A stretch of DNA of 64,000 nt from Eledone cirrhosa (lineage: Eukaryota): assembly GCA_964016885.1 (NCBI GenBank), contig OZ024742.1:246636001-246700000 (forward strand), in the 5' to 3' direction. Each line of letters starts with the position of its first letter. Positions within the stretch are counted from its first letter, which is position 1. Positions 48,101-64,000 of the stretch are shown piece by piece. Both the position numbers and the translations under genes were made by a program. The notes beneath the pieces were generated by a model. The model did not search any database, had not been told where the DNA came from, and was given only the letters and a program-made list of their open reading frames with translations.

Positions 48101-50998
48101 TTTGAACTGGTCATGCTCGACTGCATCGGCTCCTGCCGTCCCCTCTCCACTACCTTCTGTTAGGTTTGAACTGGTCATGCTCGACTGCATCGGCTCCTGC
48201 CGTTCCTTCTCCACTACCTTCTGCTAGGTTTCAACTGGTCATGCTCGACTGTATCGGCTCCTGCCGTTCCTTCTCCACTACCTTCTGCTAGGTTTGAACT
48301 GGTCATGCTCGACTGCATCGGCTCCTGCCGTTCCTTCTCCACTACCTTCTGTTAGGTTTGAACTGGTCATGCTCGACTGCATCGGCTCCTGCCGTTCCTT
48401 CTCGACTGCCTTCTGCTGGGTTTGAACTGGTCATGCTCGACTGCATGGCTCCTACCGTTCCTTCTCGACTGCCTTCTGCTAGGTTTGAACTGGTCATGCT
48501 CGACTGCATCGGCTCCTACCGTTCCTTCTCGACTGCCTTCTGCTAGGTTTGAACTGGTCATACTCGACTGTATCGGCTCCTACCGTTCCTTCTCCACTAC
48601 CTTCTGCAAGGTTTGAACTGGTCATGCTCGACTGCATCGGCTCCTGCCGTTCCTTCTTGACTACCTTCTGCTAGGTTTGAACTGGTCAGGTTCGACTGCA
48701 TCGGCTCCTACCGTTCCTTCTCGACTGCCTTCTGCTAGGTTTGAACTGGTCATACTCGACTGTATCGGCTCCTACCGTTCCTTCTCGACTGCCTTCTGCT
48801 AGGTTTGAACTGGTCATGCTCGACTGCATCGGCTCCTGCCGTTCCTTCTCCACTACCTTCTGCTAGGTTTGAACTGGTCATGCTCGACTGCATCGGCTCC
48901 TGCCGTTCCTTTTCCACTACCTTCTGCTAGGTTTGAACTGGTCATGCTCGACTGCATCGGCTCCTGCCGTTCCTTTTCCACTACCTTCTGCTAGGTTTGA
49001 ACTGGTCATGCTCGACTGTATCGGCTCCTGCCGTTCCTTTTCCACTACCTTCTGCTAGGTTTCAACTGGTCATGCTCGACTGCATCGGCTCATGCCGTTC
49101 CTTCTCCACTACCTTCTGCTAGGTTTGAACTGGTCATGCTCGACTGCATCGGCTCCTGCCGTTCCTTCTCCACTACCTCTGCTAGGTTTGAACTGGTCAT
49201 GCTCGACTGCATCGGCTCCTGCCGTTCCTTCTCCACTACCTTCTGCTAGGTTTGAACTGGTCATGCTCGACTGTATCGGCTCCTGCCGTTCCTTCTCCAC
49301 TACCTCCTGTTAGGTTTGAACTGGTCATGCTCGACTGCATCGGCTCGTGCCGTTCCTTCTCCACTACCTTCTGCTAGGTTTCAACTGGTCATGCTCGACT
49401 GCATCGGCTCGTGCCGTTCCTTCTCCACTACCTTCTGCTAGGTTTGAACTGGTCATGCTCGACTGTATCGGCTCCTGCCGTTCCTTCTCCACTACCTTCT
49501 GCTAGGTTTCAACTGGTCATGCTCGACTGCATCGGCTCCTGCCGTTCCTTCTCCACTACCTTCTGCTAGGTTTGAACTGGTCATGCTCGACTGCATCGGC
49601 TCCTGCCGTTCCTTCTCCACTACCTTCTGTTAGGTTTGAACTGGTCATGCTCGACTGCATCGGCTCGTGCCGTTCCTTCTCCACTACTTTCTGCTAGGTT
49701 TGAACTGGTCATGCTCGACTGCATCGGCTCCTGCCGTTCCTTCTCCACTACCTTCTGCTAGGTTTGAACTGGTCATGCTCGACTGCATCGGCTCCTGCCG
49801 TTCCTTCTCCACTACCTTCTGTTAGGTTTGAACTGGTCATGCTCGACTGCATCGGCTCCTGCCGTTCCTTCTCCACTACCTTCTGCTAGGTTTCAACTGG
49901 TCATGCTCGACTGCATCGGCTCCTGCCGTTCCTTCTCCACTACCTTCTGCTAGGTTTGAACTGGTCATGCTCGACTGTATCGGCTCCTGCCGTTCCTTCT
50001 CCACTACCTTCTGCTAGGTTTGAACTGGTCATGCTCGACTGCATCGGCTCCTGCCGTTCCTTCTCCACTACCTTCTGCTAGGTTTCAACTGGTCATGCTC
50101 GACTGCATCGGCTCCTGCCGTTCCTTCTCCACTACCTTCTGCTAGGTTTGAACTGGTCATGCTCGACTGCATCGGCTCCTGCCGTTCCTTCTCCACTACC
50201 TTCTGCTAGGTTTCAACTGGTCATGCTCGACTGCATCGGCTCCTGCCGTTCCTTCTCCACTACCTTCTGCTAGGTTTGAACTGGTCATGCTCGACTGCAT
50301 CGACTCCTGCCATTCCTTCTCGACTGCCTTCTGCTAGGTTTGAACTGGTCATGCTCGACTGCATCGGCTCCTACCGTTCCTTCTCGACTACCTTCTGCTA
50401 GGTTTCAACTGGTCATGCTCGACTGCATCGGCTCCTGCCGTTCCTTCTCCACTACCTTCTGCTAGGTTTGAACTGGTCATGCTCGACTGCATCGGCTCCT
50501 GCCGTTCCTTCTCGACTACCTTCTGCTAGGTTTGAACTGGTCATGCTCGACTGCATCGGCTCCTGCCGTTCCTTCTCGACTACCTTCTGCTAGGTTTGAA
50601 CTGGTCATGCTCGACTGCATCGGCTCCTACCGTTCCTTCTCGACTACCTTCTGCTAGGTTTGAACTGGTCATGCTCGACTGCATCGGCTCCTGCCGTTCC
50701 TTCTCCACTACCTTCTGCTAGGTTTGAACTGGTCATGCTCGACTGTATCGGCTCCTGCCGTTCCTTCTCGACTGCCTTCTGCTAGGTTTGAACTGGTCAT
50801 GCTCGACTGCATCGACTCCTGCCGTTCCTTCTCGACTGCCTTCTGCTAGGTTTGAACTGGTCATGCTCGACTGCATCGGCTCCTGCCGTTCCTTCTCCAC
50901 TACCTTCTGCTAGGTTTGAACTGGTCATGCTCGACTGCATCGGCTCCTGCCGTTCCTTCTCCACTACCTTCTGTTAGGTTTGAACTGGTCATGCTCAT
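36130..50998. repeat. Satellite array of ~232 copies of a 64-bp GC-rich unit
   Basis: Unit CTGCTAGGTTTGAACTGGTCATGCTCGACTGCATCGGCTCCTGCCGTTCCTTCTCCACTACCTT. No spacers; only point variants and rare 63-bp units. Confidence 0.98.
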
Positions 50999-52408
50999 CT
51001 GCGTCGACGCCAAACCGTCGTCTCGGCTGCTTCTGCAGGGCATACAACGACGGCACTCGTTTGCTTCAGACGTGGACGTTCATACTCGACTGACTTCTGC
51101 TAGGGATGCACGATTAAACTAATTCATCTTCATTACTTTTGTTCTTCTCTTGTGGTGTATGTCTTATCCAGTAGGTCTTATTTTTCAGGTATGCTATCTT
51201 CTTATTGAAATCACATCTAGCATAAGAATCATTGTAGTAAAGAGAGGTTGAGCTAAAGAAGTCCAGGGGCTATAGCATATTAAAAGACGTGCCCAAGATG
51301 CCGTACAATGGGATCAAACATAATTCCATGTAGTTTTGAAGCTGCAAACGTCTTAACAACACAGCCATTTCTGTATTTATAATACTAATTTAATGAAGGT
51401 TGCTTATCGCATTAATTAAATATATATGTTATTTATTATTTGTATAATAGAAAGTTTTACTGAAAATCTGGTTCAATACTCTTCAGGGCAATGCTGTAAC
51501 TAGTAACCTAGGGGTATAGTAGAAACGCCAAAAGCAATCATTCTGTTTTTCTATAAATCTAAATATTTATTATTCACGTATATAATATTAGTTTATATGA
51601 AAACATACATTAAATGTATGTATTTCCTGATGTGATAGAGGTCAGAGCATCATATTTTAAAACTTGATGTGTATGTTTGCGTATGTGCGTGTGTGTGTAT
51701 GTATGACCAGAAATGAAGTATGTGTGAGGGGGCGTGAAAGTAAATATATATATTCTTAGTCACAACAATGACATGCACAGGTACTTAAGCTTCATTGGGT
51801 TAGATGCCCGAACTCATTCAGCCTGTCATAACATTAAAAATTAGAAAGTATAGGAGTGGGTAATCACAACATTATCTATAATAAGTCAAATACATTAAAT
51901 TGTCAAATATCTATAATTAGTCAAATACATTAAATAGTCAAATATCTATAATTAGTCAAATACCTTAAATACTGTAAGTGAAAAGGGAAGAAACCATGAA
52001 ACAACCTTCAGACATTCTGCCAAAATACATACCACTCAGCTCACGAACCATGTGAGGAACCTCTAAAGTAACGACAGAGGACACTAGAAAATTCTACTCC
52101 CTACGTCAATGTGACGTAATTTTGCCAAATGTGTCAGTACACAACTCACAAAAACAAGATGGTGTAGAATAGAACAAAAGAGAGACACAAAATAAGAAAT
52201 CAGTCACTGATTAGGTCACGGAATGTGTGACGAAAGAGCTTTAACAATATATAAACAACCATCCGGTTATTGAACCAACTAACCAGAAATTCATAATAAA
52301 TTGTGTTTTTATTGGCAGCATGACCCTCCCAAAGTATAACAATATCTGTTTCAACGCACGTTTTCAGATAAGAAATCTTGCAAAACAAATTCAGAAACGC
52401 AGTATATA

Positions 52409-52485
52409 TATTGGGTTGTCAAGTATGAAATTTGTAAGAATTTGTTTTTTTTCTACAGATGTCTACAAATTTCATAATTGACTTC

Positions 52486-52491
<6 letters not shown>
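52409..52491. mobile_element. ~80-bp mariner-type MITE (two TIRs back to back)
   Basis: TATTGGGTTGTCAAGTATGAAATTTGTAAGA pairs with TCTACAAATTTCATAATTGACTTCCCAATA. TA-flanked. Confidence 0.6.
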
Positions 52492-52531
<40 letters not shown>

Positions 52532-53244
52532 TGTTTACAATTGACGAGAAAAAGGAGAAATTGTGTGATAAGAGAGACATGTGTGTATAAACATACATTT
52601 GATGTACTAGAAATTCGTGTAAAGTCATTTGGAAGTATATAAATATGGAAGCCAGTCCTGTCCAGTCCAGAACAAGCCCGAGTGTATATTGATAATTAAA
52701 CTCTTCAACATTTACGTGTCACGTGACACATTAAATTAATCATTTCTCGTGTCGGCAACGCGAGATAATCTCAATCGTTCGTAATCGTTTTAATGTTAAC
52801 TTGACGACTTATTAAAAGACTCGAAAGAAATCACGCCATAACAAGACTAGATAACAATATGTCAGTTGAAAAGTTCAAATATTAAATACCTGTTTAGTTA
52901 ATTAGAATAAAGGCTGGATATCTTCTGTTTTCTTTTATGGCTGCGAGAGTTCGGATATATTTCCAAAGTAATTGGAAAGATCTTGACACGCAATATCTCT
53001 GTGTATGTCTGTGTACAGAGGATTTGCTATCGCAAACAATGTGTTTATTGGTTACAGTTCCAGTAGCTATTGAAAACCATAACAACGGACGGAAGTGATA
53101 ATACGGCACCCTTATTGCGTTTATTATGGATATCAAACAGATTGAAATAGGTTGGGGGCATTTACAATAATCAGTGATGTTTAGTGATTCCGTAAACGCA
53201 CACATACTTATGCATCATTATCTAAATTTGGTGAGAGTATGTTC

Positions 53245-53318
<74 letters not shown>

Positions 53319-53542
53319 ATCTTTAGCTATCAATCTGTCAGCAATGATCGTGCTCGTCTGACGAGTGGACAGTCATCATATATATGTATGTATTTATATA
53401 TACGTATATATATGTGTGTGTGTGTATGTAAATATATATATATATATATAATATATTTGCTATGCATATATATTATATATATATATATATTTACATACAC
53501 GTACACACATATATATACGTATATGTAAATACATACATATAT

Positions 53543-54650
53543 ATGATGACTGTCCACTCGTCAGAGGAGCACGACCATTGCTGACAGATTGACTCACAGT
53601 TGTTCCTACGAACGTGAGATCGGCAATGACTTTTGAAGCCGACGAGAAACTTACAGAGTTTGCCACAAAGTCTACAAACTAAATCCGAATATATATTTAC
53701 AACCTATTAGTTAGACCTCTCAATTGGGAGATCCTTAAGTGTCTTGTGAGTCCAGAGCAGCTTTTGCAGATTTTGTCGCATACATCACAAGTAAGTGGGT
53801 CTGCAATAATGAACTTCACATACTCACTTAGTGGGTTGTCTATGTGACTCCTGGGGTGGATTTAGTGTCCTGCGTTTGACAGGCATATCGGCCACATCCA
53901 TGGCAAACAAACTGAGGAACTGCTGGGTCTACTTCCTCTCACTTGAGGGCAGCTCTTTTGGTCTTTGCCCCGCTTATTTTCTTTGCAAGGAGTGATTGAT
54001 ATCCTTCATATATTTTTCTTCTCCACTTGTTTCTGTCACCAGCCTCCACTTCCCAGTCATGAAGGCTAATATCAAGTTGCAACAACGAGTCTTTTACACA
54101 GTCCATAAAATGCTTCTTGGGTTTTGCTGAGGCCTTTTTCCTTCTGTCAGCCGTCCATAAAGCATCTGCTTGCGGATACGGCTATCATCCAGCCGTATCA
54201 GATTCTGCCGAACAAAGCGATGCTTGTGTATAAAAGCTTCTATACTGAGTGTATCAGCTCGTTCCACTACCCCTGTGTCAGGAACATGCGAGAACCAGAG
54301 GATGCCTGAGATTGATCTTAGGCGGCTTAGGTGGAAGTGTTCCAATTATTTTAGATATTTCCTGCAAACAACCCAGTTCTCACAAGAGTAAAGAAGGCTT
54401 GTAAGAACACAGGCATTATAAACCTCTAGCTTTGTTTTCGTTTTCAAGTCTTTCTGAGACCACACACTGTCTTGGAGGGCAGAAAAGGCGTCAGTAGCGT
54501 TTTTTAGTCGGAGAGATATTCCATCATCAAGGGTCAGTGACGATTTAACGTACTACCGAGGAAAATAAATTTATCATCTACCTTCAGCTTCTTCCCACCG
54601 ATATAAATGGAAGGTTCCACATACGAAATGAATATGGCCTCGGATTTTTT
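53543..54650 (-). mobile_element. Decayed 3' part of an RTE-clade LINE
   Basis: KFIFLGSTL, RLDDSRIRKQMLYG and GKRP; RTE-type 3' stem-loop. A second inverted 3' end lies at 53329-53380. Confidence 0.8.
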
Positions 54651-54799
54651 ATTGATATATATATATACATACATATATATATATATATATATATCGGCCT
54701 GCCCGCCCAGCCAGTGGGATGGCATCATCGTATGGCTAAAACAGCACGTGCCATGACCAGCCGCGCGCCGAATGGTGCCTGACAGACTGGTCGGTCAAG

Positions 54800-57843
<3,044 letters not shown>

Positions 57844-58249
57844 ATATATATATATTAGCAAAAGTAGAGGATCCACCACGAGCTCAGCGGTTTCGGCTAG
57901 CTACCTCTCCAGGTAACATATATTTACACACTCAGTTACCAGTTGCACCTTCTGAAATCCATATAACATCATTTTGATATTCGTGATATAGACTTTACGA
58001 GTTCCTGTTATTATTCTGTTATAATAATCGTTAGATTTGAGGCACAAGGCCAGCAATGTTTGGGTAAAGAGAAGAAAGTCGATCAAAACGGTTCCAGTAC
58101 TTGATTTGTTCTTTGATTTATCGACTCCGGATTGGAACTCAGAGTATACATGGTCGTAACACAATACTTCTTCAACAATTCTGCTATTCATTTAATAATG
58201 GTTTCTGTATTAGCCACACAGGCCTGAAATAAAGACATTAAAGACGACA

Positions 58250-59200
58250 CAGAACGGTACAGGACAATAAAATTGGATAACATTAAACAACAAATATGTT
58301 AAAAAGTTATACAAAAGAATATTCTCCAATATCTTAGAGACGTCTGAGGATCGTAAATAAGCCCATTAAAACCGTCCTGCCCAGCTGTTCTCTTCCAATG
58401 CATGCAGGACGGTTTCATCATCATGTGCACATCTCGGATAGGCCCGGTTGACTGCACGTTCCTGACTGTAGAGTTTAACTCGAACTGGCAATGATCTCCT
58501 GTAGCACTGCCAAGCTATGGATTTCTGGAAGTTATTAATAGGCCGTGGATGGACTGTTCTCCTGAAAAGTATGGCTAGTTTATTTTCGTCGACGCCTAGA
58601 GTTTCGTAAAAAACGACATCGCATTTGCCCGTCACTAACGCTCTGTAGAACACCAAGGCAGTGTTTCCACTGATTGTCCTGCCCAATTAATAGAACGCTG
58701 TGAACACTTGAACACATTCTGTTATCTAAGCGTTCCCTCTCGGTCTTCGCTTGACCAAAGACGGCAACACTGTCAAGAAAACGAGCTGGAAGAAAAAAGA
58801 AGTGTCTAGCAAACGGCGACCACACATGTTTACCGTCAATTAGAAGCTGGAGATGTCGTAGCCTCAGCCTATATTTCTGGATCATCAGCCACGGCATTTC
58901 CAGTCCTCCAGCCAGTAGGTGTTGACAATGGATTGCATGACGGGTGGAAACAAACAAAACAAAAACAAACAAGCAACAAAAATAAAAACGAAAGAGCAGA
59001 CGCTCCAGTTTCGTCAGGCGGGGGACCAGCACAAAGTACAACGGTTAGTCGGTAGTAAATGACTTTCGGAGATAATTTGCTCTCAGCCAGTTTCTGGGTG
59101 AGAGTGACTACCCTGCTCGTTACCACATCCTAGTTTCTATCCACCTGAAGGTCCAGACCGAACCAGACCCGGAACAACTAAACCACTCCATCTGTAACGG
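58250..59200 (-). mobile_element. Decayed Tx1-like ORF2 3' fragment
   Basis: YYRLTVV, GGLEMPWL, NNFQKSIAWQCYR and DETVLHAL. Confidence 0.85.
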
Positions 59201-59315
59201 CACTAATGATAATATCAATAATAAGGACAACAGCAACAACAACAACGACAACAACAACAACAACAACAACAATAATAACAATAATAATAATATTAATAAT
59301 AATGATTATAATAAT

Positions 59316-61540
59316 GTTTTCTTTATTAACCATGAGGGTTGACATAAAGTATAACATTAAGGACGGTACAGGACGGTACAAATGGGCATTTCTGCGTGTA
59401 AAGAAAAAAACAAAACAAAAGAAAATGACAGAAAGGAAACAAAGGAAAATTCCCCAATAGGGGGGGAGGGAGACTTCCAAGGGAAACTCGTGGAGAAGCC
59501 AATAAAAAAAGCCACGGTGACCCTGACCACCAGGGCAAGTGCTCTCTCCCAGTTTTCTACCTTCAATTTACAGGCGCATACTCTTAGCAGGCCCATTCAC
59601 TCGGGCCATGCTTGCCGCTCTCACCTATTTTCCCACGAAATGCTGGAAAGAGAGTACTCTACCCTAATTTTCCTTTTCAAATAAAATTTGGAAATATTAA
59701 TCAGGACATCACCGAAGATCTAAGTGCTCGTCATCAGCCCTTTTCAAACGCGTCCACCACACTATCTCTTTCGCCATGGCCACCAGACAGATAAAAACTT
59801 CCTGCCCTTCCCGGCTAAAGAAAGACGGTGGGGCAATCCTCACGATGGACTCAGCTGATAGCCGGATCCGTCCTACACGCGACAGCCGGTCTTCGACATA
59901 AAGCCACAAGTTAGGAATGCTCGGACACTGGACGAGTGCGTGCTGGACGGTTTCGTCGCCCTGTGGGCATCTCGGACAGGCCCGGCTGACGGCACTTCCA
60001 TGCCTGTAGAGTTTATGACAAACTGGCAAAGCTCCTCGCTAACACTGCCAGGCCAGGGATTTCTGGAAGTTGTCCATGGTCTCCGGCCTGAAAGTTTACC
60101 TGAAGAGATTGGCTAGTTGATTTTCGTCGATGCCCGGAGTCTCCCCAAGGACGTCGTCGCTCATTCCCCCCACTAACCTTCTATAGAACGCCGAGGTGGA
60201 GTTTCCACCGGTCGCATTGCCCGAATGGTCGAGGGCTGTAAGCGCCTGAAGTCATTCCAGTTTCCAAGCGCTCCCTCTCGGTCTTCGTTTGACCCAGGAG
60301 ACAAGCTGGGGAAATACTCATCTAGCAAACAGTGACCACACCTGATCACCGTCGTGGAAGAGGTGGAGATGCCGTAGCCTGAGCACATGTTTGCGCATCA
60401 TCAGCCACGGCACGCCCAGCCCTCCACGTAGCGGATGTTGACAGCAAAAGGGCCCCTAACCATCGGAGCGCGTCCCTTCCACAAAAAGCGAAAGAACAAA
60501 CGCTCCAGCGCAGTCATGTGAGGCTTAGTAGATGACGGACGCGTTTGCCACCTCCGCTTGTCCTTTCAGGGATAGCTTCCTCTCGGCCCATGTCAGGGTG
60601 AGAGAGGCCACCCTTCTCGTTACTTCGTCCCAGTTTTTGTCCGTCTAAAGGTCTGGACTGAACCAGACCTCTAGCAACTTAACCGCTCCGTCCGTCCAGC
60701 GCCCGATGACGCTGTTAGACGGCATGGACTTGCCTCTCCAGCTGCCGAGCTGCAGCCCCACCGAACTTTCCTAGTTAATCATTGTTCCCGTCACCGTCTT
60801 GTATTCTCTTAGTGTAGTACCGATTGCCTCGATGTGTTTGACATTCGTCGCCACTACGGTGACCTCGTCGGCATATGCTGACACGGTTCTCCCGCATCCT
60901 AGTTCACGCGGGACGCCCCTCAACGTTTCCAATTTGTGCAGTAATGGCTCGAGAGTCAATACGTACAACAGGGACGAGAGGCGAGAGGGGACATCCTTGG
61001 CGGACCGAGCGCATGATGTTGAACAGTTCCGAAAGGTTACCGTTCACTCTCACCACAGAGCAGATGTCGCTATGCATGGCCGCGTTCCAGCCTCTGAAGA
61101 CGGGCCCAAAGCCGGCCGCCCTCAGATGGTCGACCCTATCGAAATCTTTCGACTGATCTAAATTTATCAAGGTCCCTCCCTAGCCAGGTTAGTTAGCTAC
61201 CCTCTCCACGATGTATCGCATGAGGTGGAGGTTATCATGGATGGATCTGTTTGGAATGGCGCATGTCTGCGCCTCTCCCACTAGACCACCGACGACAAGC
61301 GCCAACCTCTTTGCTAGCACCTTGGCCAAAATCTTGAACTTTGCGTTTAACAGAGTTATGGGCCTGAAATTATCTACCTTCTCCTCCTTGTTTGGGTCCT
61401 TTCTCAGCAACGCTACCACTCCTAGGCTCACAGAGCTGGGAATATTCCGCTTTTGCTGCCAGGCGCATACTCAGAGCAGGCCCATTCACCCGGGCCATCC
61501 TTGCCTCTCCCACCCATCTGTCAACAAATTGCTGGGAAGA
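59316..61540 (-). mobile_element. Decayed 5'-truncated Tx1-like LINE (RT to 3'UTR) plus a short duplicated ORF2-end piece at 61458-61540
   Basis: NFRPITLLN, DQSKDFDRVDH, RQGCPLS, SAYADE and CPRC...HALVQC. Flanked by (AAT/AAC)n tracts. Confidence 0.9.
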
Positions 61541-62275
61541 TAATAATGATAATAGTTATAATAACATTTTAATTCGTATTATAATAATTATTATTAATTG
61601 TAATTAGTAGTAGCAGTGATTATGTCATAATTATTATCACCACTATCTTACGAAAGTGGAAATGATGTTGGGGGAAATAATTATTTGTGATTATATATGT
61701 ACTCATCAACAATACTCGTTAAATAAACAAAAAATGCAAGAAATGAAAGGAATAAAGAAGAAAAACAAAATTCACTTTTACGATATCTGCATTGATTAAA
61801 CAATTTATAAACCTCTCGAGTGGAATTAAAGTCTTTTAAATTTAATTAAACTATTTTAATAGAAAATGAAGAATTTCCTGAAAATAATTGTGCAAAATTC
61901 TAAGCAAAATTGTATGTAGAATTATTGAGTGAAAAACCAAAAAATATACGCAACTTCCTAGGCAGGGGAGCCGTACCCCACTGCCTGGGTGGATGAGCCA
62001 CGTATGGCTTCTGGTAAGCGAACCACAAATGACTTTCTGGATAGTTGAGTCGTATTCCACTTCTTAGATAGGTGAACCTACTTTATTGCTTTATTGCTTT
62101 TCTAACCGAAATTACCAGGTCCACTCGTTGGTAAACAACGCAACATAAATGGTATATATTCTAGGGCGGCAAAAATTCCCGAGATCCATGGACGAGTTCT
62201 CTCCAGCGGTTTGACATGGTATATACATATATATATATACCATTGATTAATCAATGAACCTTGTTAAACTTTTGG

Positions 62276-62333
<58 letters not shown>

Positions 62334-62526
62334 TCAGCTGTACAAAAAGGGATTTTATTTACAGTATTAACAATTGTTTCATTGATCAGGTGAGTAATGA
62401 AGGTCTCCTTCCTAGTTGTGAGAAGGTTTTGATGTTGCGTGCCAGTTAGAAGTGGGAACTTACAATTCTATAATATGTCACCTACCACCGTCTAAGAATG
62501 CAAACATATGCCAACAGCAAACTCAA

Positions 62527-62655
<129 letters not shown>

Positions 62656-63005
62656 GACATATATTTATATAACACCTCTAATATGTGTTAATGCTACTTT
62701 GTTGCGACTGCCAATAACTATAACTAGCCAAATTCTCACTATATGCAAATGAACATATCCAGCAAATGTACATCATACAAAATTCTGTATAGACACTAGT
62801 CCATTTTCATGTCACTAACAGTTGAGTGAATATCACTGAAAGATTAATGAATCTTGAGACAGCAGTGTCTTAGGTTCTCAAAACAACTGGCAACTCTGTG
62901 ATATATTCACAGAGGAAAATATAGAAAAATGTTTTTTCTTACAAAAAAAACTTTTCTCTGATAACGACGCTACCCATATGCTTATTATGTATAAACGTAT
63001 AAACG

Positions 63006-63056
<51 letters not shown>

Positions 63057-63224
63057 CATTATCGGAGAAAGCTTTTTAGCGATACTCCGGCCAAATTCCA
63101 ACTCACTCAAACATTAGGAAATAAGTGAGTATATTCCTAATTAAGCGTTCGGGGTGCTAACTAAATGTATTGCGTGGAAAATTTGCTGTATTATTTCATA
63201 TGAGACATATCGAATATATCTCTT

Positions 63225-63351
63225 CCCAGATGGACGTCTCGTTTCATTATAAGATTCCTACAATTTGGGTGAAATTATACCAATTTATGTAGGAGCTTGT
63301 ATACCATCAATAGATATATATTCAAGTGGGCTCCTATAATTCATCAGTGGG
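63225..63351 (-). ncRNA. Type I hammerhead motif (family G), canonical core, ~95-nt branched domain II
   Basis: Sense strand: CCCA-CUGAUGA-AUUAUAGGA...UCUUAUAAU-GAAAC-GAGACGUCC-AUC^UGGG, ~175 nt upstream of a (TA)n tract. Confidence 0.65.
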
Positions 63352-63699
63352 TGCCCCAATAATACTAATATTTAGCGATAATCATCATCAGTGCCTGAGG
63401 TATCTGTTAGGTTGCTAGTCCAGCAGTTCTAAAGAAATACTCAAACTGATTCAAAAATGAGGAAATAAATTACCGCCAAAAAAACAATACATGCGCATGA
63501 CAATGAACTCTAAAAGGAATTCAGGTCACGTGCTAGAACTCAATTGGAACTTGAAAAAATATCTGTGTACAGCGATTGATGACACACACAGATATTTTCA
63601 CACATACGCACAGGCCTACACACAGGCACACACACAGGCACACGCACACGCACACGCACACGCACACGCACACACACAGGCACACGCACACGCACACGC

Positions 63700-63777
<78 letters not shown>

Positions 63778-64000
63778 ATATATATATATATATAGTTTTA
63801 TATACACCTTTCACACACACACACACACACGCACACACACACTTATATTTATATATATATATATTAATTATTTGTGTTTGTTTTATAACATCTAGTCGAG
63901 AGCTTATCATGATGATTAGCGGAAATTAAAATATTTCCTTTGTCTAATATTTTGAATGACGCGCCAAAAACCGGGGGTTATTTCCCTTGCTGGAATTAAC

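Noticed and set aside
36130-50998. CRISPR array or repeat-protein gene
   Set aside because: There are no unique spacers and no cas genes. The 64-bp unit is not a multiple of 3, and stops interrupt every frame; the short ORFs arise from rare 63-bp units.
52201-52250. CTGATTA-GGTCAC...GTGAC-GAAA-GAGCTTTA minimal hammerhead candidate
   Set aside because: Core G8 is altered without compensation and helix I does not pair. At best an old remnant.
53355-53380. CTGACGA word as a ribozyme core
   Set aside because: No downstream GAAA; it is part of the RTE 3' stem-loop.
61600-62500. Possible host exon in unique sequence
   Set aside because: No convincing ORF, splice pattern or recognisable protein motif.
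62830-62875. CTGAAAGATT...AATCTTGAGAC...GTC hammerhead candidate
   Set aside because: It needs several core changes and helix I is unsupported.

Overview
Eukaryotic, AT-rich, microsatellite-dense non-genic DNA. It is invertebrate-like and probably cephalopod or mollusc; this is an inference from the SINE and retroelement types. No host gene exon was recognisable. The window is a nest of retroelements: one near-intact Tx1-clade LINE plus deleted or decayed relatives, an R4/Dong-like RLE LINE sitting in (CATA)n, RTE fragments and a bipartite RTE-derived element, three Naiad-like Penelope (RT + GIY-YIG) families in (TA)n, a decayed Gypsy, a mariner remnant and tRNA-type SINEs. It also holds a ~14.9 kb satellite of 64-bp units with higher-order structure. 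The strongest signal missed by the ORF track is non-coding. About ten type I hammerhead ribozyme motifs from at least six sequence families can be folded by hand; several have non-canonical cores (U3-A8 swap, U4A) and long helix II inserts. They belong to a recurrent fold-back architecture, (TA)n - inverted arm - forward arm plus tail - (TA)n, seen both on coding Penelope copies and as 170-215 bp mini-elements. All folds are manual and need covariance-model and biochemical confirmation.
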